Shown here: positions 50,764 to 60,460 of the stretch, one piece after another
Numbering within the stretch: position 1 is the first letter of the stretch
Layout of the letters: each line of letters opens with the position of its first letter
Source of the DNA: a candidate division WOR-3 bacterium
GTDB taxonomy: Bacteria > Hydrothermota > Tepidihabitantia > SM23-42 > JAOAFX01
Assembly: GCA_965649105.1 (NCBI GenBank)
Contig: CBFGJP010000002.1
Span: 637-64,636, forward strand
Direction of reading: 5' to 3'
DNA length: 64,000 nt
Notes under the pieces: model-generated
The model's database searches: none
Told to the model about the DNA's origin: nothing
What the model saw: the letters and a program-made list of their open reading frames with translations, nothing else
Program-made: the position numbers and the translations under genes

Positions 50764-51972
50764 TTATTTCTTTAAATTAAATTTTGTCAGGAGTACATTA
50801 ATTGCTTCCTCAAGGAATTCTTTCTTTAAGAATATGTTGATTGATAATTCTGATGTGGTGACTGCTTCAATGTGTGTCTTGATCTTTGAAAATTCTTTAA
50901 AGATATCGGCTAAAATCTTATTTTCAGAACCGATTCCTGCACCAATAATACTCAATGAACTGATGTCAAGGGATTCTTTTATCTCTTTTATCTTTAATTT
51001 TCTTGCCAATTTCCCGATTATTTTCTTAACCAATTCTTTTTCCTCAAGGGGCGTGATAAATGAAAGATCAAAGCGTGGTGCATCAGAGATTCCGTGGAAG
51101 AAGAATTTTAGATGGACGCCGGCTTTTGTTAATTCGGTTGTAACCTGAGATAGATATTTTGGATTTTTTGGAACCTGGACAAGGGTTATTAAATACAGTC
51201 CTTCACTATGTGTGATTGCCTTGGGTTTTGGATGTTCCATACCATTTATATGGGTGATAAGTGTACCTGCTTTATTATTAAAACTATTTTTTACTTCAAT
51301 GGGAACACCAAATCTTGCACCGATTCCAGTTGCCCTTGGATGTAAGACCTTTGCCCCACGACTGGCAAGTTCAAGCATTTCTTCGTAGGATATTTTATCG
51401 ATCTTTTTCACTCCCGGAAATCTATTCGGGTCCTCGGTGAATACACCATCCACATCCGTATAAATAATACATTTTTGTGCATTCAAAGCGGCAGCAATGG
51501 CAACCGCAGTCGTATCAGAGCCACCCCTGCCTAATGTTGTTATTTCTTTTTCAAAACTCACACCTTGGAATCCACAGACCACAGGAACAAAACCCTGGCT
51601 TAATGCGTTTTTTATCCTTTCATCACGAATTTCAATTATCCTGGCGTCGGTATGACGGTTATCCGTAATTATCCCAACCTGTGAACCAGTAAATGAAATC
51701 GCCTTTAATCCCCATTTTTGCAACGCCATTGTGAATAGTGCAACTGAGATTCTCTCGCCAGCGGTGAGGAGCATATCCATCTCCCTTGCCTTAGGGTTTT
51801 TTGTTATTTGATTTGAGAGTTTAATCAATTCATCCGTCGTATGCCCCATTGCCGAAACCACGACAACTACATCATTATCTTTTTTCATCTTTGCCACGCG
51901 TTTTGCTGCCTTCAATATGAGTTGCGCATCAGCAACCGATGTTCCACCAAATTTGACAACAGAAAGACGCAT
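50764..51972 (-). CDS. lysC: aspartate kinase
   Basis: KFGGTSV N-terminal motif, amino-acid kinase fold, two C-terminal ACT domains. Confidence 0.9.
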   Translation of the reverse strand: MRLSVVKFGGTSVADAQLILKAAKRVAKMKKDNDVVVVVSAMGHTTDELIKLSNQITKNPKAREMDMLLTAGERISVALFTMALQKWGLKAISFTGSQVGIITDNRHTDARIIEIRDERIKNALSQGFVPVVCGFQGVSFEKEITTLGRGGSDTTAVAIAAALNAQKCIIYTDVDGVFTEDPNRFPGVKKIDKISYEEMLELASRGAKVLHPRATGIGARFGVPIEVKNSFNNKAGTLITHINGMEHPKPKAITHSEGLYLITLVQVPKNPKYLSQVTTELTKAGVHLKFFFHGISDAPRFDLSFITPLEEKELVKKIIGKLARKLKIKEIKESLDISSLSIIGAGIGSENKILADIFKEFSKIKTHIEAVTTSELSINIFLKKEFLEEAINVLLTKFNLKK

Positions 51973-51978
51973 CCTTGG

Positions 51979-52006
51979 ATTATATAAATTTTTAAAAAAA
52001 GGTCAA
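51979..52006 (-). promoter_or_regulatory. sigma70-type promoter TTGACC-16-TATAAT for lysC; leaderless
   Basis: Minus-strand ttgacc 52006..52001, tataat 51984..51979, ATG 51972. Confidence 0.5.
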
Positions 52007-52009
52007 TAT

Positions 52010-53944
52010 CTAAGTTTTTTGTTTGAATTTTAATTTTTCCTCATACATCATTTTATCTGCGATGTTGATAATGTCCTTCAGGCTTTTTGAATCACTGGGA
52101 TTAAAATAGGCATAACCAATACTCAAGGATATTTCGGGATAGTTGTTTGATTCATTATGTTTTTGGATATTGTTTTTTAAACGATTCAGCATCACATCAA
52201 TCGTTTCTGGTTGGGCTTCAGCTGCTAATATAATAAATTCATCCCCACCAACACGGGCAATTATATCAGACTTTCTAAAACTATTTTTTAATATATTTCC
52301 TACCTGTTTCAAGACCATATCACCGGTATTGTGCCCGAATCTATCATTCAATTGCTTCATACCGTTCAAGTCGCAATATAATATATAAAATCCTTTACCG
52401 GTCTTTTTTGATAGATAAATCTGCTGTTCTCCAAGTTTATTAAAACCGCGGCGATTGAACAAACCAGTTAGTTCATCTAACATTGATTGCGCAGTCAATT
52501 TTTCTTCGAACTTTTTACGGGCAGTGATATCTACAATATAGTTTCTTGTGCCAACAATTTTGCCATTTTTTTGTAAAATGATTGTATTTACCTCAAGGTT
52601 TATGATATTGCCATTTTTATAAATTCCCCGCACTTCGTAGATTTTAGGCGCATCTTCTCCCTTTATTCTTTGCCGGTGATAAAATCTGACAATCCTTAAA
52701 TCATCAGGGTGGATATAATCTTCAACCCTTAATTTTTTGAATTCCTTCGATGTGTATCCAAATATACGCGCAAGTTTTTCATTAAAGTATACCACATTAC
52801 CATCTATGTCATCAACGAGAATCCCTACCTCGGCATTTTCCACAAGGTCACGATATCTATTTTCGCTTTCAATAATCTCTTTTTTCTGCTGATTGATTGT
52901 TTCAAGCATACTATTTGTCGTTTTAATGAGGTCAATGAATTCCTTGCTTGCACCCGAAACTTGAATCCTTTTCTGGGTTTTTTCTAAATCAATGTCACTT
53001 AACTGCCGGGAAATCTGAGTGAGGGGTTTCAAAATTGAATTATTGATTACAATTATGATTAGATGAAATATCAAAAGACCAAAAATAATAATCGTTGTTA
53101 ATATATAGCTCAGTGTCTTTTTTCCCTGATGTACAATTGCATTACTTTCATAGATATTTACACATATTATCTTTTGTGATATGACATCGTAGAATTTATG
53201 ACTGGCACCGATTCGGTCCTTTTCGTTCCATATTGAAAGCAGATGCTCTTCATTAATATTATTCAATAAACATAAATCTGTTGAATCATCGTATCTCACA
53301 TCAATCATAATACCGGTTAGATCCATAATCGGCTTCAGATTTAATGGTCTTGCCATTAAAAGCCAGCCTGTAAAAGGTCCCTTGCGCTGACTGGTGAGTA
53401 TGGATTCTGCAGATATCAAATAAGGTTTGTCTCTGATGATTGTGAATTCACCAGCAATCAGATGGTTTCTCAATTGTTCGTTCTGAATTATCTTTTGGAA
53501 TTTATCACATAATTCATTGTCTGGCATAATTATCGTCTCGGTCTCCGGTTCATATTGTCCGGCATAAATAACATTACCATTGAGATCATAGTAGATGATG
53601 AATCTTAAGTCCAGGGTAACAAAAGATGCGGGGATAAGATTATTCTCTTTATAGGCTGGATTCTTTCCAAGGACAAATTGATAGGTTTCATCCCATACAC
53701 CCCAATCTTTGTTGATCTGCACAAGCCGGGATATTTCAGAGTCAATCAGTCTATGCACTATCTCAATTTTATCCTTGATTTGTTTATGGGCGAGATTCTG
53801 GAATTGCCTTCTAAATATTATCTCTGTGACGGCAATAATTACTATGAGAAAGGCAAGGGCAAGTAGAAAAAGATATACTGTTAACTTTCTTTTTAGCGGT
53901 ATCCTTGATAAATCGTAAGTTCTCATCGCCTTATATATATGCAA
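52010..53944 (-). CDS. membrane sensor diguanylate cyclase (periplasmic sensor domain – TM – PAS – GGDEF)
   Basis: Two TM helices bracketing an approx. 250-aa extracytoplasmic domain. PAS-like segment. GGDEF domain with RVGGDEFIIL and RxxD I-site-like KQLNDRFGH context. Confidence 0.85.
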   Translation of the reverse strand: MHIYKAMRTYDLSRIPLKRKLTVYLFLLALAFLIVIIAVTEIIFRRQFQNLAHKQIKDKIEIVHRLIDSEISRLVQINKDWGVWDETYQFVLGKNPAYKENNLIPASFVTLDLRFIIYYDLNGNVIYAGQYEPETETIIMPDNELCDKFQKIIQNEQLRNHLIAGEFTIIRDKPYLISAESILTSQRKGPFTGWLLMARPLNLKPIMDLTGIMIDVRYDDSTDLCLLNNINEEHLLSIWNEKDRIGASHKFYDVISQKIICVNIYESNAIVHQGKKTLSYILTTIIIFGLLIFHLIIIVINNSILKPLTQISRQLSDIDLEKTQKRIQVSGASKEFIDLIKTTNSMLETINQQKKEIIESENRYRDLVENAEVGILVDDIDGNVVYFNEKLARIFGYTSKEFKKLRVEDYIHPDDLRIVRFYHRQRIKGEDAPKIYEVRGIYKNGNIINLEVNTIILQKNGKIVGTRNYIVDITARKKFEEKLTAQSMLDELTGLFNRRGFNKLGEQQIYLSKKTGKGFYILYCDLNGMKQLNDRFGHNTGDMVLKQVGNILKNSFRKSDIIARVGGDEFIILAAEAQPETIDVMLNRLKNNIQKHNESNNYPEISLSIGYAYFNPSDSKSLKDIINIADKMMYEEKLKFKQKT

Positions 53945-54044
53945 AATCTGTGCCTGAAAACTATTTGAAATTTCAAGTGTTTCTTATCCTCGGTTGTTTC
54001 ACAAACAAACATATGTCTGTTCAAACACGAAATCTTAGAATCAA

Positions 54045-54236
54045 TTAGTATGCATCAGCGCAAGAAAAGGAAATTCCGAGTTTTAAAGGCGAAGATACCG
54101 GTATCCCTTCTGGTGTAAAGACATCAAAAACCATAAAAGAATTCTTTGTTCGTCTCATTCCTCTGTTCAGCCCATTTCTGGAAATCCTTCGGTTTCTTTT
54201 TTTGCCATCTGTATTTTTTTGCTTTTTAGGGTCCAT
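54045..54236 (-). CDS. small basic protein (63 aa), possible nucleic-acid-binding; uncertain
   Basis: Strong RBS AAGGAGG 5 nt before ATG; Lys/Arg-rich N-terminal half; located immediately downstream of a terminator. Confidence 0.3.
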   Translation of the reverse strand: MDPKKQKNTDGKKRNRRISRNGLNRGMRRTKNSFMVFDVFTPEGIPVSSPLKLGISFSCADAY

Positions 54237-54274
54237 TTTGCCTCCTTTCTTTTAAACCCTATTAAAAAGCCAAC

Positions 54275-54300
54275 AAAAAAGCCCACCATTTCTGGTGGGC
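54275..54300 (-). terminator. rho-independent terminator (minus strand)
   Basis: Minus-strand GCCCACCA gaaa TGGTGGGC followed by TTTTTTG. Confidence 0.75.
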
Positions 54301-54422
54301 CCTCTGTGCCTGAAAATTCCTTCAAGGCACCATAGAGCCCAACCCTCTTAAAAGAATTACTATTCCCAATATGGAAATCAGGGATAAGTGAGTGCGCGCA
54401 AAATTAAATTGATTATTCATAG
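54301..54422 (-). ncRNA. candidate small RNA, or leaderless micro-ORF (32 aa, single TM helix), bracketed by consensus promoter and terminator
   Basis: Minus-strand TTGACA (54456..54451), 16-nt spacer, TATAAT (54434..54429). Transcript of about 145 nt ending at the 54275-54300 terminator. Contains a long imperfect hairpin GGGCUCUAUGGUGCC…GGCACAGAGGGCCC, and an ATG at 54420 opening MNNQFNFARTHLSLISILGIVILLRGLGSMVP. Confidence 0.35.
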
Positions 54423-54428
54423 CCTAAA

Positions 54429-54456
54429 ATTATATTAAAAAAACAAACTTTGTCAA
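54429..54456 (-). promoter_or_regulatory. perfect consensus sigma70 promoter TTGACA-16-TATAAT (minus strand)
   Basis: Sequence read directly; see the candidate sRNA feature. Confidence 0.55.
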
Positions 54457-54495
54457 GCATAATTGACATTTATCAAATAATCAATAAACTTCCAT

Positions 54496-55746
54496 ATGCT
54501 CGACCTTTTTAAGAAAAAGGGCATCTTATTCCTTACATTATCCAATGGGACATCCCAATTAGGCGACAGGTTAACCCATATGGTTATAATCACGCTCATC
54601 GGTGTAAAATACCCGGGTAAAATCTCTACCTTCAGTGAATTTGCCATAACCTTTTCTCTCCCGGTAATAATCCTTGCACCATTTGTTGGTGTGATTGTTG
54701 ACCACTGGAATCGACAGACCATAATGTTTCACTGCCATTTAATCCAATCAATTTTGATTTTTTTAACACCGAGTTTTGTGGTTTTGTTTAATAGTTTCAT
54801 ACCAATATGGATCCTTGTCTTTGTCTTCTTTGCACTCGATGTCTTTAATAACACCGCCAAGAATGCAATCGTTCCGGATTTAGTTGAATATAATGAACTT
54901 GTTTCGGCAAATTCTTTTATTATAACAATTGCCCGTATTGCCACATTTTTAGGAATGGTGGGCGGTGGTTATTTAATAAAATGGGTGGGCTGGAGATTGG
55001 GATTTTATCTTGATGCAAGCACCCATCTTATTGCTGGTTTCCTGGCACTCGGGATTGGTGCAAGAATATTATTTGAACCATCAGCAAAGACTGAAATATC
55101 ACTTAAACAGAAATTAAAAGAATCATGCCGAATTTTTTTGCTGGATTTAAAGGAATTAATAAATTTGCTATTTCGCGACCGGGTCGTTATGTTCGTGATG
55201 ATTTCAGTATTTATCCTGCCTTTTTCTGCCGCAATTGCTTATACTGTGCTTATATATCTAATCCAGCAAACATTCAATATGGGAACATCTGGTGTAGGTT
55301 GGTTGGGTGGCATAATCGGTGCCGGGATGTTTTTGGGGGGAGTTCTTATGGGATTTTTGGGAAAGAGAGTAAATCGGCCCTCGATAATAATCTGTAGTAT
55401 GACGGTTTTATCTTCTTTTTTTATCATAGGTCCATTTTTTATTACACCCATATTTTTATATTCAATTGCATTTGTTTCGGGAATGGTATTTTCTTTTGTG
55501 GGTATTGCCCAGGATACGATCTTACAGGAAGATGTTATGAAATCAATCAGGGGTAGAATGTTTGCAACAAAGGAATTTGTTATAAATTCTGCTTTTCTTA
55601 TCTGTGCCGGTGGGATTGGATTGATTTCAAATATTTTAAAGCCATTCACCATTCTCAGATTCACGGGTGTAATAATCGGATGCTTAACGATCCTTGCTAT
55701 TTTTATCTTACATTCCATACCCGCTCAGGAGAGAAAAAGACTATAA
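54496..55746 (+). CDS. MFS transporter
   Basis: 416 aa, 12 predicted TM helices, MFS loop motifs. Confidence 0.75.
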   Translation: MLDLFKKKGILFLTLSNGTSQLGDRLTHMVIITLIGVKYPGKISTFSEFAITFSLPVIILAPFVGVIVDHWNRQTIMFHCHLIQSILIFLTPSFVVLFNSFIPIWILVFVFFALDVFNNTAKNAIVPDLVEYNELVSANSFIITIARIATFLGMVGGGYLIKWVGWRLGFYLDASTHLIAGFLALGIGARILFEPSAKTEISLKQKLKESCRIFLLDLKELINLLFRDRVVMFVMISVFILPFSAAIAYTVLIYLIQQTFNMGTSGVGWLGGIIGAGMFLGGVLMGFLGKRVNRPSIIICSMTVLSSFFIIGPFFITPIFLYSIAFVSGMVFSFVGIAQDTILQEDVMKSIRGRMFATKEFVINSAFLICAGGIGLISNILKPFTILRFTGVIIGCLTILAIFILHSIPAQERKRL

Positions 55747-55757
55747 ATATTTCCTCC

Positions 55758-55785
55758 TTTACAAACTTAGAAATATTGGTATAAT
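55758..55785 (+). promoter_or_regulatory. sigma70-type promoter TTTACA-16-TATAAT; leaderless at ATG 55791
   Basis: tttaca 55758-55763; tataat 55780-55785; ATG 6 nt later. Confidence 0.5.
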
Positions 55786-55790
55786 TCTCT

Positions 55791-57200
55791 ATGTTTATCA
55801 GAGGGAAAAGAATAATTAGAGAAAAAAAGATTGGTGTGATAAATCCTTATAATAATTACCTGATAGAGGAAATCGGATTGAGCACAGAAAAGGATGTTAC
55901 TGAAGCCATTCAGATTGCCCAAAAAGGGTTTAGTATACTCAAAAATATCACGGCAGGAGAAAGAGCAAAAATTCTTGAACGAACCGCCAAGATAATTTCT
56001 GAAAAAAAAGAGGATTTTGCCCGAACGATCTGCCTAGAGGTCGGAAAAACAATAAACGAGGCGAGGACAGAGGTTGAGCGCGCAATAAATACGATAAAAC
56101 TATCAAGTATGGTAGCAATGAGCCTGAAAGGCGAAACCGTCAGAATGGACCTCAGCGGTTCAACGAAAAAAATGGGATTTTACCTGCGGGTTCCCTTGGG
56201 AATAGTGCTTGCAATTTCGCCGTTTAATTTTCCTTTAAATTTGAGTTGTCATAAAATTGGACCGGCAATAGCCGCGGGTAATTCGGTTATATTCAAACCC
56301 GCTACAAAGACTCCACTCTCGGGCTTGATGCTGGCGCAGGCCCTCATTGAGGCTGGATTACCAGAAGAAGGGATTTCAGTCCTTGTTGGTCCGGGTTCAA
56401 CCATTGGAATGGCATTGGTGCGGGCACCGGAAATTCGAAAGGTGAGTTTCACCGGTTCATTAGAAGTTGGAGAAACGATTATGGCTAATTGTGGTATGAA
56501 GAAAGTGACAATGGAACTCGGTTCAAATTCAGCAGTGGTTGTATTTAAAGATGCGCCATTAAACCTTGTTGCAAAAAAGATTCGTAAGGGTGGTTATACA
56601 CTTGCTGGACAGGTATGTATTTCAGTTCAACGGGTATATGTGGAGGAAGCAATAGCAGAAGAATTTTTGAGAGAATTATCGCTTGAGGTCGGTCAAATAA
56701 AATATGGTGACCCGATCCATGAAGATACAGAAATGGGTCCGATGATTGATGAATCTGCATTAAAAAAGGCAGAAGAATTCGTTGAAGATGCCAGGAAACA
56801 TAAAGGCATATTGATTCTTGGTGGTTCAAGATTGGGAAATATCTTTTTACCGACAATCATTTTTGATGTTGATGAAAATGCGAAGATAATTCAGGAAGAG
56901 GCATTTGCCCCAATGGTGAGTGTGAACAAATTCAAAACTATTGATGAGGCGATTGGGAAGGTCAATAATACAAAATATGGACTCCAGACCGGGATATTTA
57001 CAAAAGATATAAATCTTGCTTTGAAATGTGCTAAAGAGATTGAATCCGGTGGTGTATTAATAAATGAAATACCAACATTCCGCGTTGATAATATGCCTTA
57101 CGGTGGTATGAAGGGTAGTGGATTGGGCAGAGAAGGACCGGAATTTGCGATAAAGGAAATGACGGAAGAAAAATTGATTATTTTTGACGAGATAGAATAG
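55791..57200 (+). CDS. NAD(P)-dependent aldehyde dehydrogenase family protein
   Basis: ALDH motifs: catalytic Glu in MELGSNSA, catalytic Cys in GQVCISVQR, and EEAFAPM. Confidence 0.85.
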   Translation: MFIRGKRIIREKKIGVINPYNNYLIEEIGLSTEKDVTEAIQIAQKGFSILKNITAGERAKILERTAKIISEKKEDFARTICLEVGKTINEARTEVERAINTIKLSSMVAMSLKGETVRMDLSGSTKKMGFYLRVPLGIVLAISPFNFPLNLSCHKIGPAIAAGNSVIFKPATKTPLSGLMLAQALIEAGLPEEGISVLVGPGSTIGMALVRAPEIRKVSFTGSLEVGETIMANCGMKKVTMELGSNSAVVVFKDAPLNLVAKKIRKGGYTLAGQVCISVQRVYVEEAIAEEFLRELSLEVGQIKYGDPIHEDTEMGPMIDESALKKAEEFVEDARKHKGILILGGSRLGNIFLPTIIFDVDENAKIIQEEAFAPMVSVNKFKTIDEAIGKVNNTKYGLQTGIFTKDINLALKCAKEIESGGVLINEIPTFRVDNMPYGGMKGSGLGREGPEFAIKEMTEEKLIIFDEIE

Positions 57201-57202
57201 AA

Positions 57203-57529
57203 TTGAACTTAATTGAATACTTAAAAAACTGGCTATTCAAAATTCAGACTGATTATGGTGTGAATCCCGTGGTATTCGCCATTATTTATTTCGCGGGCGC
57301 ACCATTCTTTTGGCTTTCCATATATAAAATTATCAAAGGATTGAAGGATAGAAATTTTAACCAGGTAAGGATATTTGGCATAATTCTTGGTATCACAACT
57401 ATTGCTCCCTTTGTGTATATCGCAATCTTTGGACACAACGTGCCATTCTGGTTTTGGCTATTCGGGGGTGCGATTATTGCCTACACATTCTACAGTGCAA
57501 TTATCAGGATAAGAAAGACCCAGGTTTGA
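57203..57529 (+). CDS. small membrane protein (3 TM), unknown function
   Basis: 108 aa, hydrophobic helices, immediately follows the ALDH stop. Confidence 0.4.
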   Translation: MNLIEYLKNWLFKIQTDYGVNPVVFAIIYFAGAPFFWLSIYKIIKGLKDRNFNQVRIFGIILGITTIAPFVYIAIFGHNVPFWFWLFGGAIIAYTFYSAIIRIRKTQV

Positions 57530-57532
57530 ATT

Positions 57533-58297
57533 TTAACTAACGATAGACGCAATTTTTTTGACGAATTTTAAATTGAGATTATGCGATGTATTCTTTGCGA
57601 TAATTTTTCCAGCCAGATTCTTTCTCAATAAATATAAATCGCCGAGCAAATCAAGAATTTTGTGACGTACGGGTTCATCCGGGAACCGCAGTGGTTCGGC
57701 ACTATAAATTCTTTTTGCGGTTATGCCTATTCCGTAAGGTGGTAAATTTTTCAATCTCGGGTCAGATTCATCAGTAAATACGAATGTGCGGGCAGGGGCA
57801 ATTTCTTTAATATAAATTTCTTTTGTGATTTGAATAGAAATCCTTTGTTTGCCTATGTATGGATGGCTTAATTCCATTTCAACAAAAAGTTTATCGACAT
57901 ACGGTTCAAATAAGATAAATGAGTCTTTTCCCTGGATAAAGATATTTTTATTTATCTTTAGGAATCTGATATCATCTTTAACCGGAAAATCCTTTAATAT
58001 TTTTACAAAATCTATACTTGAGCCATCAAAGAATGGCAGTTCTTTTCCATGGATGTCAATTCCAATATTGAAGATACTCAACCCATAAAGGGCAGAAAAC
58101 AGATGTTCAACAACTTTTACTTTTTTGTCGATGGAAATTGTATGATTTTCAACCGAGATGTTTTGAAATGTTATGGGTATTTTTGAGGCTTCTCCCTCTT
58201 TATAAATATTGATAAAAAAATCAGGTGCCGAAAAAAAATCTACTCGGCAACTGCCACCAGATAAACAATCACCCTGAATTGTCCATTTTTTCCCCAT
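57533..58297 (-). CDS. lpxC: UDP-3-O-acyl-N-acetylglucosamine deacetylase
   Basis: VEHLFSALYGLSIFNIGIDIHGKELPFFDGSS and HKILDLLGDL…NTSHNLN motifs match LpxC. Start chosen at ATG 58297 (track start 58414 would overlap lpxD by 115 nt). Confidence 0.85.
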   Translation of the reverse strand: MGKKWTIQGDCLSGGSCRVDFFSAPDFFINIYKEGEASKIPITFQNISVENHTISIDKKVKVVEHLFSALYGLSIFNIGIDIHGKELPFFDGSSIDFVKILKDFPVKDDIRFLKINKNIFIQGKDSFILFEPYVDKLFVEMELSHPYIGKQRISIQITKEIYIKEIAPARTFVFTDESDPRLKNLPPYGIGITAKRIYSAEPLRFPDEPVRHKILDLLGDLYLLRKNLAGKIIAKNTSHNLNLKFVKKIASIVS

Positions 58298-58298
58298 A

Positions 58299-59228
58299 TT
58301 AAAGACCTTTATAAAGCCTTGCGAGTGCCTTGAGTACGAGATAATGCTCACGCGCCGGAATACCCGAATATTTTTTCCCGGGAGCAAGGTTTGAAAAGAC
58401 TGCACTCTTTGCATAAATTACGGCATTTTCTCCGACTTTTAAATGGTCGCTTATACCACTTTGACCACATATTATTACATTATCGCCGATCTCGGTTGAC
58501 CCGGCAATACCCGCCTGTCCCATAATAAGACAGTTCTTTCCAATATGGACATTGTGGGCAACATGGACGAGATTGTCAATTTTTGTGCCTGAACCGATTA
58601 TCGTCTTCCCAATCGTTGCACGGTCAATACAAACATTGGAACCAATTTCAACATAATCTCCGATTACGACATTACCAATATGGGGTATGCGTTTATAATT
58701 TTTTAATTTTATATATCCAAACCCTTCTTTACCAATAACTGAATTTGCACTGATATGAACATAATTCCCGATAATTGTCTTTCTATATATTACTACATTA
58801 TGCTCAATTGTGCAATAATCACCAATAATAACATCTTCATCAATGTAAACACCACTTCCAAGATAACAACCCTTTCCAATTCTTGCCCCCCTTTTTATGA
58901 TTGCGTAGTCTTCAATTGTAGTGGAACCAAAAATCTTGGCATCGTTTGCAATTATGGCGGTTGCGGCAATAGTGGTATCCCTTTTTAAATTTGAAATGCT
59001 TTTGAGTAAATAATACATTGCCTTTTTGCAATTTTTTACTACAATGCAGTTTTTATTAACGATTCTTACTTCAGAAATCACTGCACCCGCCTTTGTTTGC
59101 AATTTAGTGTTGAATAAGAAAGTAATACTATTTTTATTAGCCTCTTCAGGTGGTAAAATGGCTTTTACTTCAATGTTTTTACCATAAACTTTACCTTTAA
59201 TAATTCGCGCAATTTGGCTTAATCGCAT
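58299..59228 (-). CDS. lpxD: UDP-3-O-acylglucosamine N-acyltransferase
   Basis: Left-handed beta-helix hexapeptide repeats through the C-terminal two-thirds; LpxD N-terminal domain. Confidence 0.85.
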   Translation of the reverse strand: MRLSQIARIIKGKVYGKNIEVKAILPPEEANKNSITFLFNTKLQTKAGAVISEVRIVNKNCIVVKNCKKAMYYLLKSISNLKRDTTIAATAIIANDAKIFGSTTIEDYAIIKRGARIGKGCYLGSGVYIDEDVIIGDYCTIEHNVVIYRKTIIGNYVHISANSVIGKEGFGYIKLKNYKRIPHIGNVVIGDYVEIGSNVCIDRATIGKTIIGSGTKIDNLVHVAHNVHIGKNCLIMGQAGIAGSTEIGDNVIICGQSGISDHLKVGENAVIYAKSAVFSNLAPGKKYSGIPAREHYLVLKALARLYKGL

Positions 59229-59233
59229 ATTCT

Positions 59234-59261
59234 ATGCTATCCAATACAGAGTGTATGTCAA
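59234..59261 (-). promoter_or_regulatory. putative promoter TTGACA-16-TAGCAT for lpxD-lpxC (leaderless)
   Basis: Minus-strand ttgaca 59261..59256; tagcat 59239..59234; ATG 59228. Confidence 0.35.
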
Positions 59262-59278
59262 GAGTGGCGACCCGACTA

Positions 59279-59306
59279 TTGAAATCTTTTATATTTTGGA
59301 TAAAAT
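59279..59306 (+). promoter_or_regulatory. promoter TTGAAA-16-TAAAAT; leaderless at larC ATG 59312
   Basis: ttgaaa 59279-59284; taaaat 59301-59306; ATG 6 nt later. Confidence 0.4.
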
Positions 59307-59311
59307 TGATT

Positions 59312-60460
59312 ATGAGGATAATATATTTTGATCCGATACTCGGTGCAAGTGGTGATATGATCTTGTCAAGTTTAATAGACCTTGGTGTTGATAAAGATTA
59401 TTTGAAAGAATCATTAAAATTCATTCCTGATTTAAAGATCAAGGTTGAAAAAGTCTCACACTCTGGGATCAGAGCAAAGCAGATTGAATTTATTACAAAA
59501 AAGGTTGTAAAAGAAAAAGATTTTATCCCCCTAATAAAAAAAAGTGATTTAAAAGATTCTATCAAAAACGACGCAATAAAAATTATTAGCCGTATATTTG
59601 ATGCGGAAAAAAAAGTTCACGGTGCACGGCATCTACATCTCCATGAACTTGCAGATGTTGATACAATAATTGATATAACTGGCGCACTCATTGCCCTTGA
59701 TTTTTTAAATGTTGATAAAGTATATTCACGAACCCTGAAAGCAGGAATGGGATTGATTGATACTGTTGAAGGAAAGATGCCGGCATTTAATCTTGCCACT
59801 GCTCAATTGTTAAAGGATACCCCGGTTGAATTTTTGCCCATACCATTTGAGTTTACTACACCCACTGCGGCAGCCATATTGAGCACAATCGCTGAATTTA
59901 AAGATGCTTTGATGATAAACAAAATTGAAAGAATTGGACTTGGTGCTGGTACCAGGAAAATAGCTGGGTATCCTAACCTTTTAAGGGCTTTTCTTGGTGA
60001 GGTTGATTCGGGTTTCAGCGATGAATGCCTTGTAATTGAAACAAACATTGACGACCAGAACCCTCAGGATTTTGAATTAATATTGGAAAAATTATATCAG
60101 GCGGGTGCGCTTGAAGTGTTTTATACGCCCGTGATAATGAAACATTCGAGGCCCGGGATCTTGCTTAGTGTGATAGCCGAAAGTTATAATCAGAAAATAA
60201 TAGATACGATTTTTAATGAAACGACAACCCTCGGTATAAGGATGGACTATAGAAAACGAATAAAATTAAATAGGGAGATAAAAAAGATAAAAACACCCTG
60301 GGGCGATTTGCGGATAAAAGTCTCTAATTTTAACAGAAGTAAACGATTCACGATAGAATATCAGGATTTGAAATCGATAGCAGGGAGATTGAATAAACCG
60401 ATAAGATATTTAAGAATAGAAATTGAAAAATATGTCAGCAAAGAAGGGCTCGTTGATTGA
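59312..60460 (+). CDS. larC: LarC-family nickel-pincer cofactor nickel insertase (DUF111)
   Basis: N-terminal MRIIYFDPILGASGDMILSSLIDLGVD signature of LarC/DUF111. Start at ATG 59312 rather than 59234. Confidence 0.75.
   Translation: MRIIYFDPILGASGDMILSSLIDLGVDKDYLKESLKFIPDLKIKVEKVSHSGIRAKQIEFITKKVVKEKDFIPLIKKSDLKDSIKNDAIKIISRIFDAEKKVHGARHLHLHELADVDTIIDITGALIALDFLNVDKVYSRTLKAGMGLIDTVEGKMPAFNLATAQLLKDTPVEFLPIPFEFTTPTAAAILSTIAEFKDALMINKIERIGLGAGTRKIAGYPNLLRAFLGEVDSGFSDECLVIETNIDDQNPQDFELILEKLYQAGALEVFYTPVIMKHSRPGILLSVIAESYNQKIIDTIFNETTTLGIRMDYRKRIKLNREIKKIKTPWGDLRIKVSNFNRSKRFTIEYQDLKSIAGRLNKPIRYLRIEIEKYVSKEGLVD

Noticed and set aside
54301-54422. Possible SRP (4.5S) RNA on the minus strand, because of a GGUGCC…GAAGGAA…GGCAC hairpin
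   Set aside because: The invariant domain-IV elements are not present (GGAA tetraloop closed by C-G, and the AGCA/AGG symmetric loop). The similarity to GGAAGGAAGCAGC is partial. Kept only as a generic sRNA/micro-ORF candidate.
54453-54722. 89-aa minus-strand ORF
   Set aside because: Antisense to the 5' end of a well-supported MFS transporter gene and overlapping its promoter region; no RBS.
58298-58414. Track start of lpxC at 58414, overlapping lpxD by about 115 nt
   Set aside because: The LpxC homology begins at MGKKWTIQG (ATG 58297). The extension MQRVQSF… has no counterpart in LpxC and would require an unusually long overlap.
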